64,000 nt of DNA from IMG/VR virus record IMGVR_UViG_3300024308_000018, positions 124,001 through 188,000 of that record; one strand, 5' to 3'. Every line of letters starts with the position of its first letter. Position 1 is the first letter of the stretch. This document shows positions 36,271-46,300 of the stretch, piece by piece. Below the pieces are notes generated by a model. The model was not told the DNA's origin. It searched no databases and saw only the letters and a program-made list of their open reading frames with translations. Made by a program: the position numbers and the translations under genes.

Positions 36271-38613
36271 ATGTATGTAGAAACTCTACGATTGACCCCG
36301 CAAGGGATGCAGGCTTTCACGTCTGCTAAAGATGGTGGGCTGTACTTGCGGCCCACCCGCTGTTCCTTTGGCGACTACAAGGGAAGTGAGCCGACCGCAG
36401 TGCCCGAGACCCTGATCGGTAACAAGGTTGCGGAAGTGACGGGCATTCGTTTCCTTGAAGTGCTCGGAGGCAATCTTGTGCGCTTCACGTTCGACATTCC
36501 GACCAACGTTCCCGACCAAGGCGAAGCCCTTATCGGTGAAGTGCTGGTCAGTCTGGAAGACGGCATTCCGTTCGCTCACGTTGTGCTCGCCGAGCCCATC
36601 CACAAGTTCAGGGGGAACGCACACCGTGTAAGCCTCCTGCTCTACATGGTAGGTGAGCACGACATTGGCCGCGTGTTCAACGTCAGCATGGGGGAGCACG
36701 TTACGCTTCCTCAAGTCACGTCAGTCAACTGGCTGCCGCCGATTGAAAGTGGCATGACTGCGGCCTCCGTGATCGTCGCCGACCTGTTCACTACTGCTGA
36801 CGGTGGCAAGGTTCCCGGCATGGCATTCCGCGCTGGCATCGGCGGTAACGCGTGGTCGTTCGCTGGTCATGATCGCGTGTGGAGTGATCCGGCAGGCACG
36901 CGCTTCATCTCCCCCACGCAAATCAACGCTGAAGGAATCGAGGGCCTGAAGGTCACCGACAGCATTATCGTCAGCGTGGTCAGTGGTGGCGGCGCTGGCT
37001 ATTGCCGCTCAGCTGAATTCGACGGCAAGCTCTTGCAGCTTAATACCGATGTCCCCGAAATCCCGCTGTTCACGGCAACGTCGGTGATCGCAGTGTGGGT
37101 CGCTGGAACTGCGCACAGCTCTGGCGGTGGGATTCCGTTGCCTGACAACACCGACGACGTGCCGCCCGACTGGGTGCTCACGCCCGGCGAACCCGGCAAG
37201 CCTCCGGTGTGGTCGCCGCCCCCGAGCGCTGGCTCTAATCCGGCGCAGGGTGTGGTGCTGTACTCGCCGCCTTCCAAGTTGGTGAGCAAATCGCTGGTGA
37301 CTACCGCGACACCTAGTTCGATGGTGTACGAAATGCTGGAAGCCGTGGAGACCAGTGCCGACGTCATGCTGGTCGTTGGGGGCGCAACGCAGCCGCGTAC
37401 CGCATTCGACGTCAGCGAAGGTGATCAGCTGATTCTCAGTGAAGCGCCCGACACCAACATGGATCTCAACGCGCGGGCTTTCGTGCGTGAACCTACCACG
37501 GGCCATGAGCTGGAAATCACCGTGCTGACTGTGACAGGCGATGGTGGTTCCCCGGAGATTGATCTTGGTGCAGGCATCACCGACGTTGAGCAAGTCATTG
37601 CTGTCGTGAGTCGCTTGCAGAACCCTGTGACGGCCTACACGATTACTGACGGCAAGCTGCGCTTCACTGAAAACATTCCGGCAGGTGTTCAGGCCGATCT
37701 CTACTGCATGCGCCACAATGCCCGCATCGGGGCCAGCACCAAGATCATTCCCCACCAATTCCAGATCGACTTGGAGACCTCAAGTTTCCAACTCACGGTT
37801 GCGCCCGTGGCGAAGTCCCACGTTATCGTGATCGACACTGGTACGGTGGTGATGCAATCGGAGTTCCAGCTGATCGGTGACCACATCGTGATGAATACTC
37901 CGCTGCCTGCGCACAGCAATCGCTTCATCGAGATTTTGGTGTTCCAGAATCAGGTGAACAGCGGCAGCCCTGACCGCAGCCTCGAAGGCGTATTCACTCA
38001 CGCGTACTTGACTCCTAGCGGGATTCAGATTGAACGTCACGGTCGTCCGCCTCTCAAAGTCCCGTGCCCGCGTCCTATCTTCACTGGGCGCGACGGTATT
38101 GAAGTTGACGACACGCAATACCCGCTCGTCCGTTTGAGCTACGCGCCTGACCAAGATCCTGCGGCCAAGAAGCGCACGCAGATCATTGCAGGCCAACGCA
38201 GCGCTAAGGACTCCGAAGAGATTGTCTTCACGCAGAAGATTCAAATCCCCGAAGACGTGTCGATGATGATCAACGCTGAGTTCAGTGCAAGTCTCGGGCC
38301 GGGTTTCTCCAGCGAACTTCACCGCGAAGCCATTGAGTGCGTCGTTGCCATCGTGGAGATTGGAGATAAGACCCCAGAGTATGGCTCCAATGCACGCGGT
38401 ACTGGGCGCGCTGGTTTCTCTGCGCACGGTGCGTCAGACGATCAGGCCGTGGTCTACGCCGACCGTCACCTGACGTACTCTGCTGACATCGTTGCGAGCA
38501 ACTATAAGGCACGTGCCGTTGAAGTCGTTGCCAAGATGCGCGTTACTGGCGCCAAGGTTTCGGCATACGGCAGCAACCTCAACGTGCAAGTGAACATCAT
38601 GATGGCGAGGTAA
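36271..38613 (+). CDS. tail fibre / baseplate attachment protein
   Basis: N-terminal LTPQG..FGD..IGEV..DG..FA tail-fibre anchor pattern; three internal beta repeats. Confidence 0.7.
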   Translation: MYVETLRLTPQGMQAFTSAKDGGLYLRPTRCSFGDYKGSEPTAVPETLIGNKVAEVTGIRFLEVLGGNLVRFTFDIPTNVPDQGEALIGEVLVSLEDGIPFAHVVLAEPIHKFRGNAHRVSLLLYMVGEHDIGRVFNVSMGEHVTLPQVTSVNWLPPIESGMTAASVIVADLFTTADGGKVPGMAFRAGIGGNAWSFAGHDRVWSDPAGTRFISPTQINAEGIEGLKVTDSIIVSVVSGGGAGYCRSAEFDGKLLQLNTDVPEIPLFTATSVIAVWVAGTAHSSGGGIPLPDNTDDVPPDWVLTPGEPGKPPVWSPPPSAGSNPAQGVVLYSPPSKLVSKSLVTTATPSSMVYEMLEAVETSADVMLVVGGATQPRTAFDVSEGDQLILSEAPDTNMDLNARAFVREPTTGHELEITVLTVTGDGGSPEIDLGAGITDVEQVIAVVSRLQNPVTAYTITDGKLRFTENIPAGVQADLYCMRHNARIGASTKIIPHQFQIDLETSSFQLTVAPVAKSHVIVIDTGTVVMQSEFQLIGDHIVMNTPLPAHSNRFIEILVFQNQVNSGSPDRSLEGVFTHAYLTPSGIQIERHGRPPLKVPCPRPIFTGRDGIEVDDTQYPLVRLSYAPDQDPAAKKRTQIIAGQRSAKDSEEIVFTQKIQIPEDVSMMINAEFSASLGPGFSSELHREAIECVVAIVEIGDKTPEYGSNARGTGRAGFSAHGASDDQAVVYADRHLTYSADIVASNYKARAVEVVAKMRVTGAKVSAYGSNLNVQVNIMMAR

Positions 38614-38615
38614 CC

Positions 38616-39560
38616 ATGCCAAGCACTGATCAGGTAATAGCGATTGGTGGCACAGATGGCGACAAAGTTGTTGTTGGGCCCGACGGAGTATTGGAGACAA
38701 CGCCTGCTCCGTCGGCGTCTGACCTAGTTGTGGTGCACGCAGTGTATGACAACGAAGCGGGAATCCTGACATTGGTTCGCAAAAACGGCGACACCGAAGA
38801 GATCTCAGGATTCCCAACAGCTGCGCAAGTACAGCCTGCCAAGCGTGGCCGCAAAGGTCGACGAGGTTTGGCTGGGCGTGATGGTCGCGATGGTGCTACC
38901 GGAAACACGGGCCCCGATGGGTGCGACGGCATCAAAGGCGCAGTGGGGGCCGATGGCGATACGGGGGAGGACGGTGAAGATGGGCCGGACGGCGCACAAG
39001 GTCTGATGGGGCGTCGCGGTATTTCCGGAATCGAGGGGTACGAGGGCGAAGAAGGGGAAGATGGTGACGAAGGCGTGGTAGGCCCACCGGGCCCGTCGTG
39101 CATTGTTGGCAAACGCGGGCCAGCGGGCCCTGCGCCGCGAGGCACTGTCGTCTATGGGCCGAACTTGCCAACGGATCCCGCCGTGTTTCTCTGGCTGCTG
39201 CCTCTCGACGGTTTCGATCGGCCGGAAGTTCCGAAGTGGAGCGACGTCACTGTGGTCGTCAAAGATCGCTCGGTGCAGGCGCAACGTTTCCAGCAGACCA
39301 ACATGTTCTCCGCGCTATTCGACGTGGAAGCAACCGCAGTGGGTGGAAGTGGCGTGTACGAGTTCACGTGGATTGTGCCGGAAGTGCAGGGCGTCAAGTT
39401 CAAGCCTTCTGGTTTACGTCTCACGGTCGACTACTCACGCCGTGCACCGAACTCAAGTTACCCCGGAGAAATCTTTACCGTGAAACTTGTGGTGCGTGAC
39501 GTTGCCCGACCCGGCAAGCCATCATTCTTCGACACTGCCGAAGTAAGGATAAAGGTGTAA
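38616..39560 (+). CDS. collagen-like fibre protein 1
   Basis: Gly-X-Y run; C-terminal Ig-like domain. Confidence 0.85.
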   Translation: MPSTDQVIAIGGTDGDKVVVGPDGVLETTPAPSASDLVVVHAVYDNEAGILTLVRKNGDTEEISGFPTAAQVQPAKRGRKGRRGLAGRDGRDGATGNTGPDGCDGIKGAVGADGDTGEDGEDGPDGAQGLMGRRGISGIEGYEGEEGEDGDEGVVGPPGPSCIVGKRGPAGPAPRGTVVYGPNLPTDPAVFLWLLPLDGFDRPEVPKWSDVTVVVKDRSVQAQRFQQTNMFSALFDVEATAVGGSGVYEFTWIVPEVQGVKFKPSGLRLTVDYSRRAPNSSYPGEIFTVKLVVRDVARPGKPSFFDTAEVRIKV

Positions 39561-39561
39561 C

Positions 39562-40188
39562 ATGCTATCTCGTTTGAACATGAGCATGATCACTGCACCC
39601 GCAGCCGCCGCAGGTAAGCAGGTGAAGGTGGAGGATCAGCGCCTCTCAACAGGTGATGTGCAATCAACTCAGCCCCAGAACATTAAGTCCGGCCGATTCG
39701 ATCCGATCCTCGGCGTCCTCACGCTTGAGTATTACGACGGCACGATAACTACGGTCACGGGTTTCCCCAGCGAGAACAACTTGCCGCAAGGTCTACAGGG
39801 CGAACCCGGCGATCCGGGCCGTGACGGACGTGATGGGCGTGACGGTGCGCAGGGGCCCGATGGGCAAGCAGGGTGCGAGGGCCCCGAGGGTGAACGTGGT
39901 GCAACAGGTGCACCGGGCAAAGATGGGCGACCCGGAAGACCCGGCCCCGTTGGCATGCCCGGCCCTGACGGCAATCCGGGGCCGCGTGGACGTGAAGGCC
40001 CACGTGGTAAGCGTGGCCCAACGGGCCCTACTGGGCCGACTGGTGTTACGGGCCCTACTGGGCCGACTGGTAACCCCGGCCCTCCCGGTGTCGTGAACAT
40101 CGTGGTGTCTGCAACCGACCCCGGCAACGTTGCGGCAGGAACAATTTGGGTTAACCCCAACGTGGATCAACCGCCCGTGTGGATTTAA
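39562..40188 (+). CDS. collagen-like fibre protein 2
   Basis: Gly-X-Y run; 24-bp exact duplication at 40021/40048. Confidence 0.85.
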   Translation: MLSRLNMSMITAPAAAAGKQVKVEDQRLSTGDVQSTQPQNIKSGRFDPILGVLTLEYYDGTITTVTGFPSENNLPQGLQGEPGDPGRDGRDGRDGAQGPDGQAGCEGPEGERGATGAPGKDGRPGRPGPVGMPGPDGNPGPRGREGPRGKRGPTGPTGPTGVTGPTGPTGNPGPPGVVNIVVSATDPGNVAAGTIWVNPNVDQPPVWI

Positions 40189-40198
40189 GGAGTACGTG

Positions 40199-40702
40199 AT
40201 GCAAAAGGTTAACGTCGAACAAATCGGCACTAACGCAGAAGGCTCGCTGGCGGCCGTCGATGGTGGCGTGGTGGTAACGCCAGCAGCAGAAGGCGCAGTA
40301 ACGGAACCCAGCGGAAAGTTTGATGCCGTGTCAGGCCAACTCACGATCAGTCTCCCCAACATGGGGACTTTTGTCATTTCGGGCCTTCCAAAAACCAGCG
40401 ACATGGGCTCAGGCCCCGCAGGTGCTGACGGCTCTCGCGGTCGTGACGGTATTGCTGGTTTGAACCCGCGCGATGGTCAACGCGGCCCCGATGGCTGCAT
40501 CGGTGCTGACGGGCAAGAAGGCATGCCGGGTAAGGATGGCCCGCGCGGACGTGAAGGTGATCCGGGCGGCCCCGGCCCAGAAGGCAAGCAAGGTGAACCC
40601 GGCCAAGACGGTCGCTTTGCTGTCTACATGCAGAGCACCGATCCCGGCCCCGTTGGTGCTGGGTCTGTCTGGATTCGCCCGCGAGCTAAAGCAACGCGTT
40701 AA
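40199..40702 (+). CDS. collagen-like fibre protein 3
   Basis: AAGGAG RBS; Gly-X-Y run. Confidence 0.85.
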   Translation: MQKVNVEQIGTNAEGSLAAVDGGVVVTPAAEGAVTEPSGKFDAVSGQLTISLPNMGTFVISGLPKTSDMGSGPAGADGSRGRDGIAGLNPRDGQRGPDGCIGADGQEGMPGKDGPRGREGDPGGPGPEGKQGEPGQDGRFAVYMQSTDPGPVGAGSVWIRPRAKATR

Positions 40703-40711
40703 GGAGATACG

Positions 40712-43324
40712 ATGGGTGACTCACTCGTAAGATCCCGTATGCGTATCCGCAACATCCTGAACAATGGCTGGGATGATCTTGCGGACTGCGAAGTGTTTGT
40801 TCGTGACCCCGATAACTTGGACTGGATACGCCTCGTCCCCGGCGACTTCAGTATCAGGAATCAGACGAACAGCGGATGGATCGACATTGACAACGAAGCA
40901 GAGCCGGACATCGACGACCCGTGCGCACGCATGACGATGCCGGGTTCGTGCAACGGTGGAATCGAAGATAAGGAAATGGGATCCGGTGACGGCTTTGGTT
41001 CGGGCGGCGCAGTGTGGGAGCAAGTTGCGGGTTATCCTGCTGGCTACGACATGCCTGACGCGGGCCTCGCTGGTTTCGGCGTGGAGCCCGTCGACATGTG
41101 GCCGACTGGATTTGCGTTGCGTCGCACTGGTGCCGAAATGGTGGAGAGCTATGACAACGCTCCGGTGGCTGCCCACAACGGTGACGCTTCCTACGCGAAC
41201 CCAGCGCCCGCATGGACTTCCGTGTTCGGGCGCGGTGCGGCAATCACTGAGTTCTGCTACATGCTAGGGCAGACGCCCGGCTACGTGGATCTCACGTGGG
41301 TGTGCTGGGAACAGTTCGGGATGTCGGTCGACGTCTACTATCTGGGAATACGTCGTGGCACTAGCTGCGGTAAGAAAACCGGACGCGGACGCCTGCGCTT
41401 CTACTACGACCCAGCAGAAGGTAACGGCGAAGAGCGGATCATGGTTCGCGTGCGATGCAATGAAGCCGGACGTTGGGCGCTGCATTGCCGAGCACCAAGC
41501 GAGTTGCTTGCCTCAGAAGTCAACAACCTGCGGCCCGACTACTACAAGCCGTATGCGATCACCAGCATGCCGGACGTGTTGTCGCCGCACTATCTGGGCA
41601 CTCCGATTTTCCCCGCGCCCTGTCACGCTGCGGTGTACGTGAAGCCCGAGCGTCTGTCGATGCGCGGCCACTTCGAATACTACCACCACGTTGGGGAACT
41701 CGCGGGCTGGATGTATCTGGACTTCAAGTCGTGGAACAACAAGGATTTCGTTGAGGTGTACCACTATGGTCGCCGTATTGCCACGACACTGGATCCAGAA
41801 AGCGGACGCGGTTACCTGAAGTTCTACTTCGACCCGACGCAGAACCAGTGTCAGGATATTGTGGTGCGTGTTGTTAGTGAAGATTTCGCAGAGGTGCAGC
41901 CAGATGGCAGCAAGCCAGATGCGACTTCCGTTTACTACGGCCTGTGGTGTCCGGAAACGCGCGGTGCCCGAGAGTTCCGCCACCCCTGCGGTGCTTACGA
42001 GGTAACGAGCGCGGGCCACCCGACCACTGAAGACAACTTCGACTTGCAGAACAAGTTCAAGGACGACGTGTGCGGCATCCTGATCAACTGCCAAGCTGGC
42101 AACCAGAAAGCGAAGTTCGAAGTGTTCGACGTCAACGACAACCTGTTGGATACTCAGATCGTGGAAGCCGGACAGACGGGCAACCTCGAATACTGGGCAC
42201 CGATAGGCGACAGAGACGTTCGTTATCCTCGCGTTCACGTTACGTCTGGCATCGGCTGTAGCTGGCGCTACTTCGTGCACTGCGCCATCCAGAAACCTGA
42301 CGTCGAAGTTCCGTCAACTATCATCCCGTTCACTTGCGTTGAGACCCCGAAGGCCGATGACCTGCCGGGCGGGAACGGCGCGTGGCGTCTGGTGGTCGAT
42401 AACGTGTGGGCCGACTGGATCAGCTATCCGTGGCGCGAAGACTGCGAATACTACATCGTGGGAACGAACCATGACGACATCATGGTGCGCAACATTGTTC
42501 CGTATGCACCGATTGCGATGTCGATTGGAACAACGGAAGAGATGTTCTACGATGGTGGTGACAACGCTCCGCGTGTTCGTATGGGCCGTGGCAATCGCGC
42601 AGACCCTAACACTGGGTTCATCGCGTGGATGGGGATTCGGCAGGTGTACGAGCGGGAAATCATTATTTCCCCGGACACTGAGGGAACGGAGTTCGATAAC
42701 AGCTGGCGCATTGTAGCGAATGGCAGTGGCGCAATCCTCGGCAGCGTTGCGTGGGAACATGGCTATGAATATTTCATATTCTCGTCCGATGACCACGGAG
42801 CCCAAGAGATTTCGCAGACGCACTTCTTCATGCCGCAGCCAGATCGTTTCCCCAAGTGGCCGACAGATGATGCGCGCTGGTGTATCACAACGTCTAACTC
42901 CAACGACTTCAGTTTTTGGAAGGACAAGACGATGCGTGCTTCTCGCGCGTGGGACACCAACTACAAGACCATGATGGTAATCCGCCGTCCGATCTTCGAA
43001 TCGCAAGGCGACCTCGATTATTTGGGCTGGCGCGAAGACCTCTACGACCCGTGGGCAGAAGGTCACGCTGGACGTGCGTTCCCTTGGGTGGCCGGACGCG
43101 AATATGCGCTCTGGAACATTGCGAAGGACTACCGCACTGATCAGCACTCGATCTGTTCGCACAACCACATCGTCGGTCTGGGCAAAAACGGTATTGCGTC
43201 GTTCGGTTACGGCAACACCAAACTCAAGTACCCAGTAGGGAACGGGATTGAATGTTGGTACGATGACTGGTCGTGCTTCTACCTGATGTCGCGTCCGTTC
43301 GTAGTGGAAGGGCTCGATGTTTAA
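40712..43324 (+). CDS. Cys/Trp-rich repeat-containing fibre-associated protein
   Basis: AAGGAG RBS; internal repeats (GRGRLRFYYDP / GRGYLKFYFDP). Confidence 0.75.
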   Translation: MGDSLVRSRMRIRNILNNGWDDLADCEVFVRDPDNLDWIRLVPGDFSIRNQTNSGWIDIDNEAEPDIDDPCARMTMPGSCNGGIEDKEMGSGDGFGSGGAVWEQVAGYPAGYDMPDAGLAGFGVEPVDMWPTGFALRRTGAEMVESYDNAPVAAHNGDASYANPAPAWTSVFGRGAAITEFCYMLGQTPGYVDLTWVCWEQFGMSVDVYYLGIRRGTSCGKKTGRGRLRFYYDPAEGNGEERIMVRVRCNEAGRWALHCRAPSELLASEVNNLRPDYYKPYAITSMPDVLSPHYLGTPIFPAPCHAAVYVKPERLSMRGHFEYYHHVGELAGWMYLDFKSWNNKDFVEVYHYGRRIATTLDPESGRGYLKFYFDPTQNQCQDIVVRVVSEDFAEVQPDGSKPDATSVYYGLWCPETRGAREFRHPCGAYEVTSAGHPTTEDNFDLQNKFKDDVCGILINCQAGNQKAKFEVFDVNDNLLDTQIVEAGQTGNLEYWAPIGDRDVRYPRVHVTSGIGCSWRYFVHCAIQKPDVEVPSTIIPFTCVETPKADDLPGGNGAWRLVVDNVWADWISYPWREDCEYYIVGTNHDDIMVRNIVPYAPIAMSIGTTEEMFYDGGDNAPRVRMGRGNRADPNTGFIAWMGIRQVYEREIIISPDTEGTEFDNSWRIVANGSGAILGSVAWEHGYEYFIFSSDDHGAQEISQTHFFMPQPDRFPKWPTDDARWCITTSNSNDFSFWKDKTMRASRAWDTNYKTMMVIRRPIFESQGDLDYLGWREDLYDPWAEGHAGRAFPWVAGREYALWNIAKDYRTDQHSICSHNHIVGLGKNGIASFGYGNTKLKYPVGNGIECWYDDWSCFYLMSRPFVVEGLDV

Positions 43325-43325
43325 C

Positions 43326-43348
43326 GAGGGGGCTTCGGCCCCTTCTTT
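43326..43348 (+). terminator. intrinsic terminator
   Basis: GAGGGGGC-TTCG-GCCCCTTCTTT. Confidence 0.7.
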
Positions 43349-43359
43349 GGAGAATTTGG

Positions 43360-46300
43360 ATGTCAAACCTCTGCACGTTTACCAGACCACTTGCGTGCGC
43401 TTGGTCTGGGAACCATAACCCGTTAGCGGGCAAGGCATCGTTGATGGCGGACACACAACCAGCCACCAACATGTGGACAGCGTTCGCGATCCGTAACGAG
43501 CAGACTGCTGGCTACTGCTTCGGCTACGGATCAGCATTCATGAATGGATACTTCGATTCCAAAGACCGTCCGGTAGGCAACGGAATTTTTGGCGACTTCA
43601 GCAAACCCGAGTACCTGACACAAGGTGCTATGGTGCAGCTGAAGATTGCACTATCGTTGGCGGCACGCGTCGAGCGCGGATCCATGACGCTTGTCCTTAA
43701 CGACTCGCCTGATTGGGCGAACCATCTCACCAACATGGACGGCAACGCCAAATCCTACGGGCAGCTCATGAAGTATTTGAGCGCCACGGAGCCGATGGCA
43801 ATGCTGACCATGAACGAACTTCAAAACGGCGCACTCAACTACGACGGCACCGTTGCATTCTTCGAGAAGTTCAAGCGCATCATCATTCTGCTTAGCGGTT
43901 CCCCAAACTGGCTAGTAGGTGACGCGCTGTGTAAAAACCTGTCCGACGCAATCGGACGCGGAGCCCCAGTCGTCTGCGTGCACGCCGATGGGTACAGTTG
44001 GAATTCCAATCACACGTTCAACCGCATTTTTGGTGTGGTTGGAATGCAAGTGGCAGGTGCCAACTACACCCACCTTTACGCGGAAGCCATCACTGACTAC
44101 AAGAACATCTATGGCGATGACTTGTCATGGAAGTCGATCACGTCACTGTACGGCGGGCGTCGCATGTTCATCTCTGGGGCTGCGGCGTACAGCCACTCGC
44201 GCTCCATGCCTACGGCGGGGCTCGACGGCTTCCCCGGCACGTGGGCTCAAGGTGTTTGTGTTGACGTGCCGTTTACCGACAGCATCTACATTCCGAACAT
44301 CGTGGTGTTCCGGCCGAACTGTTGTTACAACGAAGGCGACGTGTACTCCATGGAGTTCGACGTTCCGGCCACCGTGGTAAAGCCCACCGACTTCAAGACG
44401 GATCTGGCGAACGGGATTCTACACTTCGACTGGTGGCACGAACTTCAGACCGCCGAGCACGCACCGGAAGTCCTTCACGTTCGGGCACGCGGGTGGCATG
44501 TGGGCGGTGGCATGACGTACACCACTAATGCCATCCGTTACCGTGGAAGCAAGTGGGATGCACAGCGCAGCTACAACGTCATGGTGTTCAGCCGTGCGAC
44601 TGGCGATGTGCTGGACTACCGCTCATTCGACGTGTACGGCAACGCGGCGAAAGCCGCAGAGTGTGCGGCTTTCCTCAATGCGCAGGACGCCAGCCGCATC
44701 GTGTTGGTGGTGACCAGCGACGAGCCGACCCGTAACTTGACTGCCGAGTTGCAGAGTGCGCTGATTCGCATTGGTGCGGGGGCCGCAACGCTACGCAAAA
44801 TGAAAGTGCGTAGTGCCTACATGCTGCTCGGTATTCCCGGCGTGCCCGTGGGGATCGAGCGGTACAAGGGGGCCATGGATGAAGACCCGAACGCCGTAGT
44901 GGATGCAGCGTTTGACTTCCGCCCCGACGGTGCCCGCCCCATCGAGCCGCGCATGTCGGACACCACAGGCAAAGTGATTGTCGCAACGTTGCAGGGTATT
45001 GCGGAGCGTGCGTTGTTCCAAGCCAACTGGGATTCGTACCAAAACCAGAAGGCCATCGGCAATCCGGCGGTCGCAGCATTCAACGCCCGCTGGGTGAAGA
45101 ACGCGCTGAACTGGATTCGACGCGGAACCACGATGGAAGTTCTGTTCGTGCCGACCAAGATGGCGACCACTGGCGACTGGAATCCGATGAACACGGATCC
45201 CAACGGCTGCTCGTCCATCATGGACTACATCAGGGCTGCTGGATTCAACGTGTCGGTGCTCGACCACACCAAGATCAGCAAACCCGTCGCCAGTGCCTAC
45301 GGCAAGTACGACGTCGTGGTGTTCTGGGCAGCAGGTGGTGGCTCCGATGATCCGGCGCGCATGCAGATTCTGATGCCTGTGCTGCAAACCGTGGTCAAGG
45401 GCGGCGCTGGGCTGTTCGCGATTTCTGATACCGCGCACCCGACGATGAATGCGCTGGCTGACATGTACTCGGTGCAAACGAACTTCGTTGCGGGCATCCA
45501 ACCGGATTCCTTCAACGTGGAGCGTGCGCGTGCCCAACATGGTGACCACGTGATATTCGAGGGCCTGCAAGGCTCGTTCGCCAATGACAGCGCAGCTGGC
45601 GGTTTCCTCACCCAGACCCGTTTGCTTTGGCCGTACTGTGTGGACGGTGAGGCGTTGGAAGTTGTGCAGCTAAAGGAGAACGGACGTATCGCGCGTTTCC
45701 GCTACACCAAGATCCTCGACGGCATGGATAACCGCAAAGTCTTTACCCTCGACGCATGGACGAAGCTCACTGACCTGCGCTTTAAGAAGATCGACATGAG
45801 TGACACCGACAAGTGGCCGCTCACAATCGAGATGCCGTGCGCATTGGTCGATGACGTTCCGCAGTACCGCATCGACGACGTGGAAGTCGAGGAAGGTAAC
45901 AGCGGCCACACTCAAGCAGTGTTCACCGTGTCACTTGCGTGGCCCCTGCGCGGGCGTCCCGCTATCATCAGCTGGAAAGTTGTTGATGGTACAGCAACCA
46001 CGGCGATCAGCAGCAACGCGGAGAAGATGCCGAAGTCGCTTCTGATTGACGAGCATGGGAACTGGCACTCGGTTTACATTGAGTATGATCTGGTGCGCAT
46101 TGCTGCTGATGGCGCGTTCCCCAAGTTCTACAACGGGACAATGCTGTCTGGTTCGTGGCAGCGCCGCTACTTCAAGAACATACTGGACTGGATGCAACGG
46201 GGTCGCGCGAAACGCCGTGTGCTGTTCCTTGGCGACCAAGCGGACGTCAACGTGAACTACGCGACGCTAGGCGCTAAGGGTGTCGACTTCGGTGACGCAG

